Origin: Eledone cirrhosa
Lineage: Eukaryota
Direction of reading: 5' to 3'
NCBI GenBank assembly: GCA_964016885.1
Contig: OZ024753.1
Coordinates: forward strand, 28,520,001 to 28,584,000
DNA length: 64,000 nt
Part shown: in pieces, positions 30,001 to 45,000 of the stretch
How positions within the stretch are numbered: position 1 is the first letter of the stretch
Layout of the letters: each line of letters opens with the position of its first letter
Position numbers and translations under genes: made by a program
The notes under the pieces: generated by a model
What the model saw: only the letters and a program-made list of their open reading frames with translations
Told to the model about the DNA's origin: nothing
Databases searched by the model: none

Positions 30001-33000
30001 AGAGAGCTCTATATAATTATTACTTCCAAACAGTCACTCATGTATGGGCCTTGGTAGTTACAAAAGACAGCTCTATATAATTATTACTGCCAGACAGTCA
30101 CTCATGTATAGGCCTTGGTAGTTACAAAAGAGAGCTCTATATAATTATTACTGCCAGACAGTCATTCATGTATGGGCCTTGGTAGTTACAAAGGAGAGCT
30201 CTATATAATTATTACTGCCAGACAGTCACTCATGTATGGGCCTTGGTAGTTACAAAAGGGAGCTCTATATAATTATTACTGCCAGACAGTCACTCATGTA
30301 TGGGCCTTGGTAGTTACAAAAGGGACCTCTATATAATTATTACTGCCAGACAGTCACTCATGTATGGGCCTTGGTATTTACAAAAGGGAGCTCTATTTAA
30401 TTATTACTGCCAGACAGTCACTCATGTATGGGCCTTGGTAGTTACAAAAGAGAGCTCTATATAATTATTACTCCCAGACAGTCACTCATGTATGGGCCTT
30501 GGTAGTTACAAAAGGGAGCTCTATATATTTATTACTGCCAGACAGTCACTCATGTATGGGCCTTGGTAGTTACAAAAGAGAGCTCTATATAATTATTACT
30601 GCCAGACAGTCACTCATGTATGGGCCTTGGTAGTTACAAAAGACAGCTCTATATAATTATTACTGCCAGACAGTCACTCATGTATGGGCCTTGGTATTTA
30701 CAAAAGCGAGCTCTATATAATTATTACTACCAGACAGTCACTCATGTATGGGCCTTGGTAGTTACAAATGAGAGCTCTATATAATTATTACTACCAGACA
30801 GTCAGTGATGAGTGGGCCTTGGTAGTTACAAAAGAGAGCTCTATGTAATTGTTACTGCCAGACGGTCACTCATGTATGGGCCTTGGTAGTTACAAAAGAG
30901 AGTTCTATATAATTATTACTGCCAGACAGTCACTCATGTATGGGCCTTGGTAGTTACAAAAGAGAGCTCTATATAATTATTACTGCCAGACAGTCACTCA
31001 TGTATGGGCCTTGGTAGTTACAAAAGAGAGTTCTATATAATTATTACTGCTAGACAGTCACTCATGTATGGGCCTTGGTAGTTACAAAAGACAGCTCTAT
31101 ATAATTATTACTGCCAGACAGTCACTCATGTATGGGCCTTGGTAGTTACAAAATACAGCTCTATATAATTATTACTGCCAGACAGTCACTCATGTATAGG
31201 CCTTTGTAGTTACAAAAGAGAGTTCTATATAATTATTACTGCCAGACAGTCACTCATGTATGGGCCTTGGTAGTTACAAAAGACAGCTCTATATAATTAT
31301 TACTGCCAGACAGTCACTCATGTATGGGCCTTGGTAGTTACAAAAGGGAGCTCTATATAATTATTACTGCCAGACAGTCACTCATGTATAGGCCTTGGTA
31401 GTTAAAAAAGAGTGTTCTATATAATTATTACTGCCAGACAGTCACTCATGTATGTGCCTTGATAGTTACAAAAGGGAGATCTATATAATAATTACTGCCA
31501 GACAGTCACTCATGTATGGGCCTTGGTATTTACAATAGGGAGCTCTATATAATTATTACTGTCAGACAGTCACTCATGTATGGGCCTTGGTAGTTACAAA
31601 AGAGAGCTCTATATAATTATTACTTCCAAACAGTCACTCATGTATGGGTCTTGGTAGTTACAAAAGAGAGCTCTATATAATTATTACTGCCAGACAGTCA
31701 CTCATGTATGTGCCTTGGCAGTTACAAAAGAGAGCTCTATATAATTATTACTTCCAAACAGTCACTCATGTATGGGCCTTGGGAGTTACAAAAGACAGCT
31801 CTATATAATTATTACTGCCAGAGAGTCACTCATGTATGGGCCTTGATAGTTACAAAAGAGAGCTCTATATAATTATTACTGCCAGACAGTCACTCATGTA
31901 TGGGCCTTGGTAGTTACAAAAGAGAGCTCTATATAATTGTTACTGCCAGACAGTCACTCATGTATGGGCCTTGGTAGTTACAAAAGAGAGCTCTATATAA
32001 TTATTACTGCCAGACAGTCACTCATGTATAGTCCTTGGTAGTTACAAAAGAGAGCTCTATATAATTATTACTGCCAGACAGTCACTCATGTATGGGCCTT
32101 GGTAGTTACAAAGGAGAGCTCTATATAATTATTACTGCCAGACAGTCACTCATGTATGGGCCTTGGTAGTTACAAAAGGGAGCTATATATAATTATTACT
32201 GCCAGACAGTCACTCATGTATGGGCCTTGGTAGTTACAAAAGGTTGCTCTATATAATTATTACTGCCAGACAGTCACTCATGTATGGGCCTTGGTATTTA
32301 CAAAACGGAGCTCTATATAATTATTACTGCCAGACAGTCACTCAGGTATGGGCCTTGGTAGTTACAAAAGAGAGCTCTATATAATTATTACTGCCAGACA
32401 GTCACTCATGTATGGGCCTTGGTAGTTACAAAAGAGAGTTCTATATAATTATTACTGCCAGACAGTCACTCATGTATGGGCCTTGGTAGTTACAAAAGAG
32501 AGCTCTATATAATTATTACTGCCAGACAGTCACTCATGTATGGGCCTTGGAAGTTACAAAAGAGAGCTCTATATAATTATTACTTCCAAACAGTCACTCA
32601 TGTATGGGCCTTGGTAGTTACAAAAGAGAGCTCTATATAATTATTACTGCCAGACAGTCACTCATGTATGGGCCTTGGTAGTTACAAAAGAGAGTTCTAT
32701 ATAATTATTACTGCCAGACAGTCACTCATGTATGGGCCTTGTTAGTTACAAAAGAGAGCTCTATATAATTATTACTGCCAGACAGTCACTCATGTATGGG
32801 CCTTGGAAGTTTCAAAAGAGAGCTCTATATAATTATTACTTCCAAACAGTCACTCATGTATGGGCCTTGGTAGTTACAAAAGAGAGCTCTATATAATTAT
32901 TACTGCCAGACAGTCACTCATGTATGGGCCTTGGTAGTTACAAAAGAGAGCTCTATATAATTATTACTGCCAGACAGTCACTCATGTATGGGCCTTGGAA

Positions 33001-36000
33001 GTTACAAAAGAGAGCTCTATATAATTATTACTGCCAGACAGTCACTCATGTATGGGCCTTGATAGTTACAAAAGAGAGCTCTATATAAGTAATACTGCCA
33101 GACAGTCACTCATGTATGGGCCTTGGTAGTTACAAAAGACAGCTCTATATAATTATTACTCCCAGACAGTCACTCATGTATGGGCCTTGGTAGTTAAAAT
33201 AGAGAGCTCTATGTAATTATTACTGCCAGACAGTCACTCATGTATGGACCTTGGTAGTTATAAAAGAGAGCTCTATATAATTATTACTGCGAGACAGTAA
33301 CTCATGTATGGGCCTTGGTAGTTACAAAAGACAGCTCTATATAATTATTACTGCCAGACAGTCACTCATGTATGGGCCTTGGTAGTTACAAAAGACAGCT
33401 CTATATAATTATTACTGCCAGACAGTCACTCATGTATGGGCCTTGGTAGTTACAAAAGACAGCTCTATATAATTATTACTGCCAGACAGTCACTCATGTA
33501 TGGGCCTTGGTAGTTACAATAGAGAGCTCTATATAATTATTACTCCCAGACAGTCACTCATGTATGGGCCTTGGTAGTTACAATATAGAGTTCTATATAA
33601 TTATTACTGCCAGACAGTCACTCATGTATGGGCCTTGGTAGTTACAAAAGACAGCTCTATATAATTATTACTGCCAGACAGTCACTCATGTATGGGCCTT
33701 GGTAGTGACAAAAGACAGCTCTATATAATTATTACTGCCTGACAGTCACTCATGTATGGGCCTTGGTAGTTACAAAAGACAGCTCTATATAATTATTACT
33801 GCCAGACAGTCACTCATGTATGGGCCTTGGTAGTTACAAAGGAGAGCTCTATATAATTATTACTGCCAGACAGTCACTCATGTATGGGCCTTGGTAGTTA
33901 CAAAAGAGAGCTCTATATAATTATTACTGCCAGACAGTCACTCATGTATGGGCCTTGGTAGTTACAAAAGAGAGCTCTATATAATTATTACTGCCAGACA
34001 TTCACTCATGTATGGGCCTTGGTAGTTACAAAAGATAGCTCTATATAATTATTACTGCCAGACAGTCACTCATGTATGGGTCTTGGTAGTTACAAAAGAG
34101 AGCTCTATATAATTATTACTGCCAGACAGTCACTCATGTATGGGCCTTGGTAGTTACAAAAGAGAGCTCTATATAATTATTACTGCCACACAGTCACTCA
34201 TGTATAGGCCTTGGTAGTTACAAAAGAGAGCTCTATATAATTATTACTGCCAGACAGTCACTCATGTATAGGCCTTGGTAGTTACGAAAGTGAGCTCTAT
34301 ATAATTATTACTGCCAGACAGTCACTCATGTATGGGCCTTGGTAGTTACAAAAGAGAGCTCTATATAATTATTACTGCCAGACATTCACTCATGTATGGG
34401 CTTTGGTAGTTACAAAAGATAGCTCTATATAATTATTACTGCCAGACAGTCACTCATGTATGGGCCTTGGTAGTGACAAAAGACAGCTCTATATAATTAT
34501 TACTGCCAGACAGTCACTCATGTATGGGCCTTGGTAGTTACAAAAGACAGCTCTATATAATTATTACTGCCAGACAGTCACTCATGTATGGGCCTTGGTA
34601 GTTACAAAAGACAGCTCTATATAATTGTTACTGCCAGACAGTCACTCATGTATGGGCCTTGGTAGTTACAAAAGACAGCTCTATATAATTATTACTGCCA
34701 GACAGTCACTCATGTATGGGCCTTGGAAGTTACAAAAGAGAGCTCTATATAATTATTACTGCCAGACAGTCACTCATGTATGGGCCTTGGTAGTTACAAA
34801 AGAGAGCTCTATATAATTAATACTGCCAGACAGTCACTCATGTATGGGCCTTGGTAGTTACAAAAGACAGCTCTATATAATTATTACTGCCAGACAGTCA
34901 CTCATGTATGGGCCTTGGTAGTTACAATAGAGAGCTCTATATAATTATTACTCCCAGACAGTCACTCATGTATGGGCCTTGGTAGTTACAATAGAGAGCT
35001 CTATGTAATTATTACTGCCAGACAGTCACTCATGTATGGACCTTGGTAGTTACAAAAGAGAGCTCTATATAATTATTACTGCGAGACAGTCACTCATGTA
35101 TGGGCCTTGGTAGTTACAAAAGACAGCTCTATATAATTATTACTGCCAGACAGTCACTCATGTATGGGCCTTGGTAGTTACAAAAGACAGCTCTATATAA
35201 TTATTACTGCCAGACAGTCACTCATGTATGGGCCTTGGTAGTTACAAAAGACAGCTCTATATAATTATTACTGCCAGACAGTCACTCATGTATGGGCCTT
35301 GGTAGTTACAAAAGAGAGCTCTATATAATGATTACTGCCAGACATTCACTCATGTATGGGCCTTGGTAGTTACAAAAGATAGCTCTATATAATTATTACT
35401 GCCAGACAGTCACTCATGTATGGGCCTTGGTAGTTACAAAAGAGAGCTCTATATAATTATTACTGCCAGACATTCACTCATGTATAGGCCTTGGTAGTTA
35501 CAAAAGAGAGCTCTATATAATTATTACTGCCAGACATTCACCCATGTATGGGCCTTGGTAGTTACAAAAGAGAGCTCTATATAATTATTACTGCCACACA
35601 GTCACTCATGTATAGGCCTTGGTAGTTACAAAAGAGAGCTCTATATAATTATTACTGCCAGACAGTCACTCATGTATAGGCCTTGGTAGTTACGAAAGTG
35701 AGCTCTATATAATTATTACTGCCAGACAGTCACTCATGTATGGGCCTTGGTAGTTACAAAAGAGAGCTCTATATAATTATTACTGCCAGACATACACTCA
35801 TGTATGGGCCTTGGTAGTTACAAAAGATAGCTCTATATAATTATTACTGCCAGACAGTCACTCATGTATGGGCCTTGGTAGTTACAAAAGACAGCTCTAT
35901 ATAATTGTTACTGCCAGACAGTCACTCATGTATGGGCCTTGGTAGTTACAAAACAGAGCTCTATATAATTATTACTGCCAGACAGTCACTCATGTATGGG

Positions 36001-39000
36001 CCTTGGTAGTTACAAAAGACAGCTCTATATAATTATTACTGCCCGACAGTCACTCATGTATAAGCCTTGGTAGTTACAAAAGAGAGCTCTATATAATTAT
36101 TACTTCCAAACAGTCACTCATGTATGGGCCTTGGTAGTGACAAAAGAGAGCTCTATATAATTATTACTGCCAGACAGTCACTCATGTATGGGCCTTGGTA
36201 GTTACAAAAGAGAGCTCTATATAATTATTACTGCCAGACATTCACTCATGTATAGGCCTTGGTAGTTACAAAAGAGAGCTCTATATAATTATTACTGCCA
36301 CACAGTCACTCATGTATAGGCCTTGGTAGTTACAAAAGAGAGCTCTATATAATTATTACTGCCAGACAGTCACTCATGTATAGGCCTTGGTAGGTACGAA
36401 AGTGAGCTCTATATAATTATTACTGCCAGACAGTCACTCATGTATGGGCCTTGGTAGTTACAAAAGAGAGCTCTATATAATTATTACTGCCAGACATTCA
36501 CTCATGTATGGGCCTTGGTAGTTACAAAAGATAGCTCTATATAATTATTACTGCCAGACAGTCTCTCATGTATGGGCCTTGGTAGTGACAAAAGACAGCT
36601 CTATATAATTATTACTGCCAGACAGTCACTCATGTATGGGCCTTGGTAGTTACAAAAGACAGCTCTATATAATTATTACTGCCAGACAGTCACTCATGTA
36701 TGGGCCTTGGTAGTTACAAAAGACAGCTCTATATAATTGTTACTGCCAGACAGTCACTCATGTATGGGCCTTGGTAGTTAAAAAAGACAGCTCTATATAA
36801 TTATTACTGCCAGACAGTCACTCATGTATGGGCCTTGGAAGTTACAAAAGAGAGCTCTATATAATTATTACTGCCAGACAGTCACTCATGTATGGGCCTT
36901 GGTAGTTACAAAAGAGAGCTCTATATAATTAATACTGCCAGACAGTCACTCATGTATGGGCCTTGGCAGTTACAAAAGACAGCTCTATATAATTATTACT
37001 GCCAGACAGTCACTCATGTATGGGCCTGGGTAGTTACAATAGAGAGCTCTATATAATTATTACTCCCAGACAGTCACTCATGTATGGGCCTTGGTAGTTA
37101 CAATAGAGAGCTCTATCTAATTATTACTGCCAGACAGTCACTCATGTATGGACCTTGGTAGTTACAAAAGAGAGCTCTATATAATTATTACTGCCAGACA
37201 GTCACTCATGTATGGGCCTTGGTAGTTACAAAAGACAGCTCTATATAATTATTACTGCCAGACAGTCACTCATGTATGGGCCTTGGTAGTTACAAAAGAC
37301 AGCTCTATATAATTATTACTGCCAGACAGTCACTCATGTATGGGCCTTGGTAGTTACAAAAGAGAGCTCTATATAATTATTACTGCCAGACAGTCACTCA
37401 TGTATGGGCCTTGGTAGTTACAAAAGAGAGCTCTATATAATTATTACTGCCAGACAGTCACTCATGTATGGGCCTTGGTAGTTACAAAAGAGAGCTCTAT
37501 ATAATTATTACTGCCAGACATTCACTCATGTATGGGCCTTGGTAGTTACAAAAGATAGCTCTATATAATTATTACTGCCAGACAGTCACTCATGTATGGG
37601 CCTTGGTAGTTACAAAAGAGAGCTCTATATAATTATTACTGCCAGACATTCACTCATGTATAGGCCTTGGTAGTTACAAAAGAGAGCTCTATATAATTAT
37701 TACTGCCAGACAGTCACTCATGTATGGGCCTTGGTAGTTACAAAAGAGAGCTCTATATAATTATTACTGCCACAGAGTCACTGATGTATGGGCCTTGGTA
37801 GTTACAAAAGACAGCTCTATATAATTATTACTGCCAGACAGTCACTCATGTATGGGCCTTGGTAGTTACAATAGAGAGCTCTATATAATTATTACTCCCA
37901 GACAGTCACTCATGTATGGGCCTTGGTAGTTACAATAGAGAGCTCTATGTAATTATTACTGCCAGACAGTCACTCATGTATGGACCTTGGTAGTTACAAA
38001 AGAGAGCTCTATATAATTATTACTGCCAGACAGTCACTCATGTATGGGCCTTGGTAGTTACAATAGAGAGCTCTATATAATTATTACTCCCAGACAGTCA
38101 CTCATGTATGGGCCTTGGTAGTTACAATAGAGAGCTCTATGTAATTATTACTGCCAGACAGACACTCATGTATGGACCTTGGTAGTTACAAAAGAGAGCT
38201 CTATATAATTATTACTGCCAGACAGTCACTCATGTATGGGCCTTGGTAGTTACAAAAGACAGCTCTATATAATTATTACTGCCAGACAGTCACTCATGTA
38301 TGGGCCTTGGTAGTTACAAAAGACAGCTCTATATAATTATTACTGCCAGACAGTCACTCATGTATGGGCCTTGGTAGTTACAAAAGAGAGCTCTATATAA
38401 TTATTACTGCCAGACAGTCACTCATGTATGGGCCTTGGTAGTTACAAAAGAGAGCTCTATATAATTATTACTGCCAGACAGTCACTCATGTATGGGCCTT
38501 GGTAGTTACAAAAGAGAGCTCTATATAATTATTACTGCCAGACATTCACTCATGTATGGGCCTTGGTAGTTACAAAAGATAGCTCTATATAATTATTACT
38601 GCCAGACAGTCACTCATGTATGGGCCTTGGTAGTTACAAAAGAGAGCTCTATATAATTATTACTGCCAGACATTCACTCATGTATAGGCCTTGGTAGTTA
38701 CAAAAGAGAGCTCTATATAATTATTACTGCCAGACAGTCACTCATGTATGGGCCTTGGTAGTTACAAAAGAGAGCTCTATATAATTATTACTGCCACACA
38801 GTCACTCATGTATGGGCCTTGGTAGTTACAAAAGAGAGCTCTATATAATTATTACTGCCACACAGTCACTCATGTATAGGCCTTGGTAGTTACAAAAGAG
38901 AGCTCTATATAATTATTACTGCCAGACAGTCACTCATGTATAGGCCTTGGTAGTTACGAAAGTGAGCTCTATATAATTATTACTGCCAGACAGTCACTCA

Positions 39001-42000
39001 TGTATGGGCCTTGGTAGTTACAAAAGAGAGCTCTATATAATTATTACTGCCAGACATACACTCATGTATGGGCCTTGGTAGTTACAAAAGATAGCTCTAT
39101 ATAATTATTACTGCCAGACAGTCACTCATGTATGGGCCTTGGTAGTTACAAAAGACAGCTCTATATAATTGTTACTGCCAGACAGTCACTCATGTATGGG
39201 CCTTGGTAGTTACAAAACAGAGCTCTATATAATTATTACTGCCAGACAGTCACTCATGTATGGGCCTTGGTAGGTACAAAAGACAGCTCTATATAATTAT
39301 TACTGCCCGACAGTCACTCATGTATAAGCCTTGGTAGTTACAAAAGAGAGCTCTATGTAATTATTACTTCCAAACAGTCACTCATGTATGGGCCTTGGTA
39401 GTGACAAAAGACAGCTCTATATAATTATTACTGCCAGACAGTCACTCATGTATGGGCCTTGGTAGTTACAAAAGACAGCTCTATATAATTATTACTGCCA
39501 GACAGTCACTCATGTATGGGCCTTGGTAGTTACAAAAGACAGCTCTATATAATTGTTACTGCCAGACAGTCACTCATGTATGGGCCTTGGTAGTTACAAA
39601 AGAGAGCTCTATATAATTATTACTGCCAGACAGTCACTCATGTATGGGCCTTGGTAGTTACAAAAGACAGCTCTATATAATTATTACTGCTCGACAGTCA
39701 CTCATGTATAGGCCTTGGTAGTTACAAAAGAGAGCTCTATATAATTATTACTTCCAAACAGTCACTCATGTATGGGCCTTGGTAGTTACAAAAGAGAGCT
39801 CTATATAATTATTACTGCCAGACAGTCACTCATGTATGGGCCTTGGTAGTTACAAAAGGGAGCTCTATATAATTATTACTGCCAGACAGTCACTCATGTA
39901 TTGACCTTGGTAGTTACAAAAGACAGCTCTATATAATTATTACTGCCAGACAGTCACTCATGTATGGGCCTTGGTAGTTACAAAAGAGAGCTCTATATAA
40001 TTATTACTGCCAGACAGTCACTCATGTATGGGCCTTGGAAGTTACAAAAGAGAGTTCTATATAATTATTACTGCCAGACAGTCACTCATGTATGGGCCTT
40101 GGTAGTTACAAAAGAGAGCTCTATATAATTAATACTGCCAGACAGTCACTCATGTATGGGCCTTGGTAGTTACAAAAGACAGCTCTATATAATTATTACT
40201 GCCAGACAGTCACTCATGTATGGGCCTTGGTAGTTACAATAGAGAGCTCTATATAATTATTACTCCCAGACAGTCACTCATGTATGGGCCTTGGTAGTTA
40301 CAATAGAGAGCTCTATGTAATTATTACTGCCAGACAGTCACTCATGTATGGACCTTGGTAGTTACAAAAGAGAGCTCTATATAATTATTACTGCCAGACA
40401 GTCACTCATGTATGGGCCTTGGTAGTTACAAAAGACAGCTCTATATAATTATTACTGCCAGACAGTCACTCATGTATGGGCCTTGGTAGTTACAAAAGAC
40501 AGCTCTATATAATTATTACTGCCAGACAGTCACTCATGTATGGGCCTTGGTAGTTACAAAAGACAGCTCTATATAATTATTACTGCCAGACAGTCACTCA
40601 TGTATGGGCCTTGGTAGTTACAAAAGACAGCTCTATATAATTATTACTGCCAGACAGTCACTCATGTATGGGCCTTGGTAGTTACAAAAGACAGCTCTAT
40701 ATAATTATTACTGCCAGACAGTCACTCATGTATGGGCCTTGGTAGTTACGAAAGAGAGCTCTATATAATTATTACTGCCAGACATTCACTCATGTATGGG
40801 CCTTGGTAGTTACAAAAGAGAGCTCTATATAATTATTACTGCCACACAGTCACTCATGTATAGGCCTTGGTAGTTACAAAAGAGAGCTCTATATAATTAT
40901 TACTGCCAGACAGTCACTCATGTATAGGCCTTGGTAGTTACAAAAGAGAGCTCTATATAATTATTACTGCCAGACATTCACTCATGTATAGGCCTTGGTA
41001 GTTACAAAAGAGAGCTCTATATAATTATTACTGCCACACAGTCACTCATGTATAGGCCTTGGTAGTTACAAAAGAGAGCTCTATATAATTATTACTGCCA
41101 GACAGTCACTCATGTATAGGCCTTGGTAGGTACGAAAGTGAGCTCTATATAATTATTACTGCCAGACAGTCACTCATGTATGGGCCTTGGTAGTTACAAA
41201 AGAGAGCTCTATATAATTATTACTGCCAGACATTCACTCATGTATGGGCCTTGGTAGTTACAAAAGATAGCTCTATATAATTATTACTGCCAGACAGTCT
41301 CTCATGTATGGGCCTTGGTAGTGACAAAAGACAGCTCTATATAATTATTACTGCCAGACAGTCACTCATGTATGGGCCTTGGTAGTTACAAAAGACAGCT
41401 CTATATAATTATTACTGCCAGACAGTCACTCATGTATGGGCCTTGGTAGTTACAAAAGACAGCTCTATATAATTGTTACTGCCAGACAGTCACTCATGTA
41501 TGGGCCTTGGTAGTTAAAAAAGACAGCTCTATATAATTATTACTGCCAGACAGTCACTCATGTATGGGCCTTGGAAGTTACAAAAGAGAGCTCTATATAA
41601 TTATTACTGCCAGACAGTCACTCATGTATGGGCCTTGGTAGTTACAAAAGAGAGCTCTATATAATTAATACTGCCAGACAGTCACTCATGTATGGGCCTT
41701 GGCAGTTACAAAAGACAGCTCTATATAATTATTACTGCCAGACAGTCACTCATGTATGGGCCTTGGTAGTTACAATAGAGAGCTCTATATAATTATTACT
41801 CCCAGACAGTCACTCATGTATGGGCCTTGGTAGTTACAATAGAGAGCTCTATGTAATTATTACTGCCAGACAGTCACTCATGTATGGACCTTGGTAGTTA
41901 CAAAAGAGAGCTCTATATAATTATTACTGCCAGACAGTCACTCATGTATGGGCCTTGGTAGTTACAAAAGACAGCTCTATATAATTATTACTGCCAGACA

Positions 42001-45000
42001 GTCACTCATGTATGGGCCTTGGTAGTTACAAAAGACAGCTCTATATAATTATTACTGCCAGACAGTCACTCATGTATGGGCCTTGGTAGTTACAAAAGAG
42101 AGCTCTATATAATTATTACTGCCAGACAGTCACTCATGTATGGGCCTTGGTAGTTACAAAAGAGAGCTCTATATAATTATTACTGCCAGACAGTCACTCA
42201 TGTATGGGCCTTGGTAGTTACAAAAGAGAGCTCTATATAATTATTACTGCCAGACATTCACTCATGTATGGGCCTTGGTAGTTACAAAAGATAGCTCTAT
42301 ATAATTATTACTGCCAGACAGTCACTCATGTATGGGCCTTGGTAGTTACAAAAGAGAGCTCTATATAATTATTACTGCCAGACATTCACTCATGTATAGG
42401 CCTTGGTAGTTACAAAAGAGAGCTCTATATAATTATTACTGCCAGACAGTCACTCATGTATGGGCCTTGGTAGTTACAAAAGAGAGCTCTATATAATTAT
42501 TACTGCCACACAGTCACTCATGTATAGGCCTTGGTAGTTACAAAAGAGAGCTCTATATAATTATTACTGCCAGACAGTCACTCATGTATAGGCCTTGGTA
42601 GTTACGAAAGTGAGCTCTATATAATTATTACTGCCAGACAGTCACTCATGTATGGGCCTTGGTAGTTACAAAAGGGAGCTCTATATAGTTATTACTGCCA
42701 GACAGTCACTCATGTATTGACCTTGGTAGTTACAAAAGACAGCTCTATATAATTATTACTGCCAGACAGTCACTCATGTATGGGCCTTGGTAGTTACAAA
42801 AGAGAGCTCTATATAATTATTACTGCCAGACAGTCACTCATGTATGGGCCTTGGAATTTACAAAAGAGAGTTCTATATAATTATTACTGCCAGACAGTCA
42901 CTCATGTATGGGCCTTGGTAGTTACAAAAGAGAGCTCTATATAATTAATACTGCCAGACAGTCACTCATGTATGGGCCTTGGTAGTTACAAAAGACAGCT
43001 CTATATAATTATTACTGCCAGACAGTCACTCATGTATAGGCCTTGGTAGGTACGAAAGTGAGCTCTATATAATTATTACTGCCAGACAGTCACTCATGTA
43101 TGGGCCTTGGTAGTTACAAAAGAGAGCTCTATATAATTATTACTGCCAGACATTCACTCATGTATGGGCCTTGGTAGTTACAAAAGAGAGCTCTATATAA
43201 TTATTACTGCCACACAGTCACTCATGTATAGGCCTTGTTAGTTACAAAAGAGAGCTCTATATAATTATTACTGCCAGACAGTCACTCATGTATAGGCCTT
43301 GGTAGGTACGAAAGTGAGCTCTATATAATTATTACTGCCAGACAGTCACTCATGTATGGGCCTTGGTAGTTACAAAAGAGAGCTCTATATAATTATTACT
43401 GCCAGACATTCACTCATGTATGGGCCTTGGTAGTTACAAAAGATAGCTCTATATAATTATTACTGCCAGACAGTCACTCATGTATGGGCCTTGGTAGTGA
43501 CAAAAGACAGCTCTATATAATTATTACTGCCAGACAGTCACTCATGTATGGGCCTTGGTAGTTACAAAAGACAGCTCTATATAATTATTACTGCCAGACA
43601 GTCACTCATGTATGGGCCTTGGTAGTTACAAAAGACAGCTCTATATAATTGTTACTGCCAGACAGTCACTCATGTATGGGCCTTGGTAGTTAAAAAAGAC
43701 AGCTCTATATAATTATTACTGCCAGACAGTCACTCATGTATGGGTCTTGGAAGTTACAAAAGAGAGCTCTATATAATTATTACTGCCAGACAGTCACTCA
43801 TGTATGGGCCTTGGTAGTTACAAAAGAGAGCTCTATATAATTAATACTGCCAGACAGTCACTCATGTATGGGCCTTGGTAGTTACAAAAGACAGCTCTAT
43901 ATAATTATTACTGCCAGACAGTCACTCATGTATGGGCCTTGGTAGTTACAATAGAGAGCTCTATATAATTATTACTCCCAGACAGTCACTCATGTATGGG
44001 CCTTGGTAGTTACAATAGAGAGCTCTATGTAATTATTACTGCCAGACAGTCACTCATGTATGGACCTTGGTAGTTACAAAAGAGAGCTCTATATAATTAT
44101 CACTGCCAGACAGTCACTCATGTATGGGCCTTGGTAGTTACAAAAGACAGCTCTATATAATTATTACTGCCAGACAGTCACTCATGTATGGGCCTTGGTA
44201 GTTACAAAAGAGAGCTCTATATAATTATTACTGCCAGACAGTCACTCATGTATGGGTCTTGGTAGTTACAAAAGAGAGCTCTATATAATTATTACTGCCA
44301 GACAGTCACTCATGTATGGGCCTTGGTAGTTACAAAAGAGAGCTCTATATAATTATTACTGCCAGACATTCACTCATGTATGGGCCTTGGTAGTTACAAA
44401 AGATAGCTCTATATAATTATTACTGCCAGACAGTCACTCATGTATGGGCCTTGGTAGTTACAAAAGAGAGCTCTATATAATTATTACTGCCAGACATTCA
44501 CTCATGTATAGGCCTTGGTAGTTACAAAAGAGAGCTCTATATAATTATTACTGCCAGACAGTCACTCATGTATGGGCCTTGGTAGTTACAAAAGAGAGCT
44601 CTATATAATTATTACTGCCACACTGTCACTCATGTATAGGCCTTGGTAGTTACAAAAGAGAGCTCTATATAATTATTACTGCCAGACAGTCACTCATGTA
44701 TAGGCCTTGGTAGTTACGAAAGTGAGCTCTATATAATTATTACTGCCAGACAGTCACTCATGTATGGGCCTTGGTAGTTACAAAAGAGAGCTCTATATAA
44801 TTATTACTGCCAGACATTCACTCATGTATGGGCCTTGGTAGTTACAAAAGATAGCTCTATATAATTATTACTGCCAGACAGTCACTCATGTATGGGCCTT
44901 GGTAGTGACAAAAGACAGCTCTATATAATTATTACTGCCAGACAGTCACTCATGTATGGGCCTTGGTAGTTACAAAAGACAGCTCTATATAATTATTACT

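Noticed and set aside
34625-34816. 63-aa ORF in the satellite
   Set aside because: It is a chance read-through of three 64-bp monomers from a TTG variant. The unit is not a multiple of 3 and stops recur.
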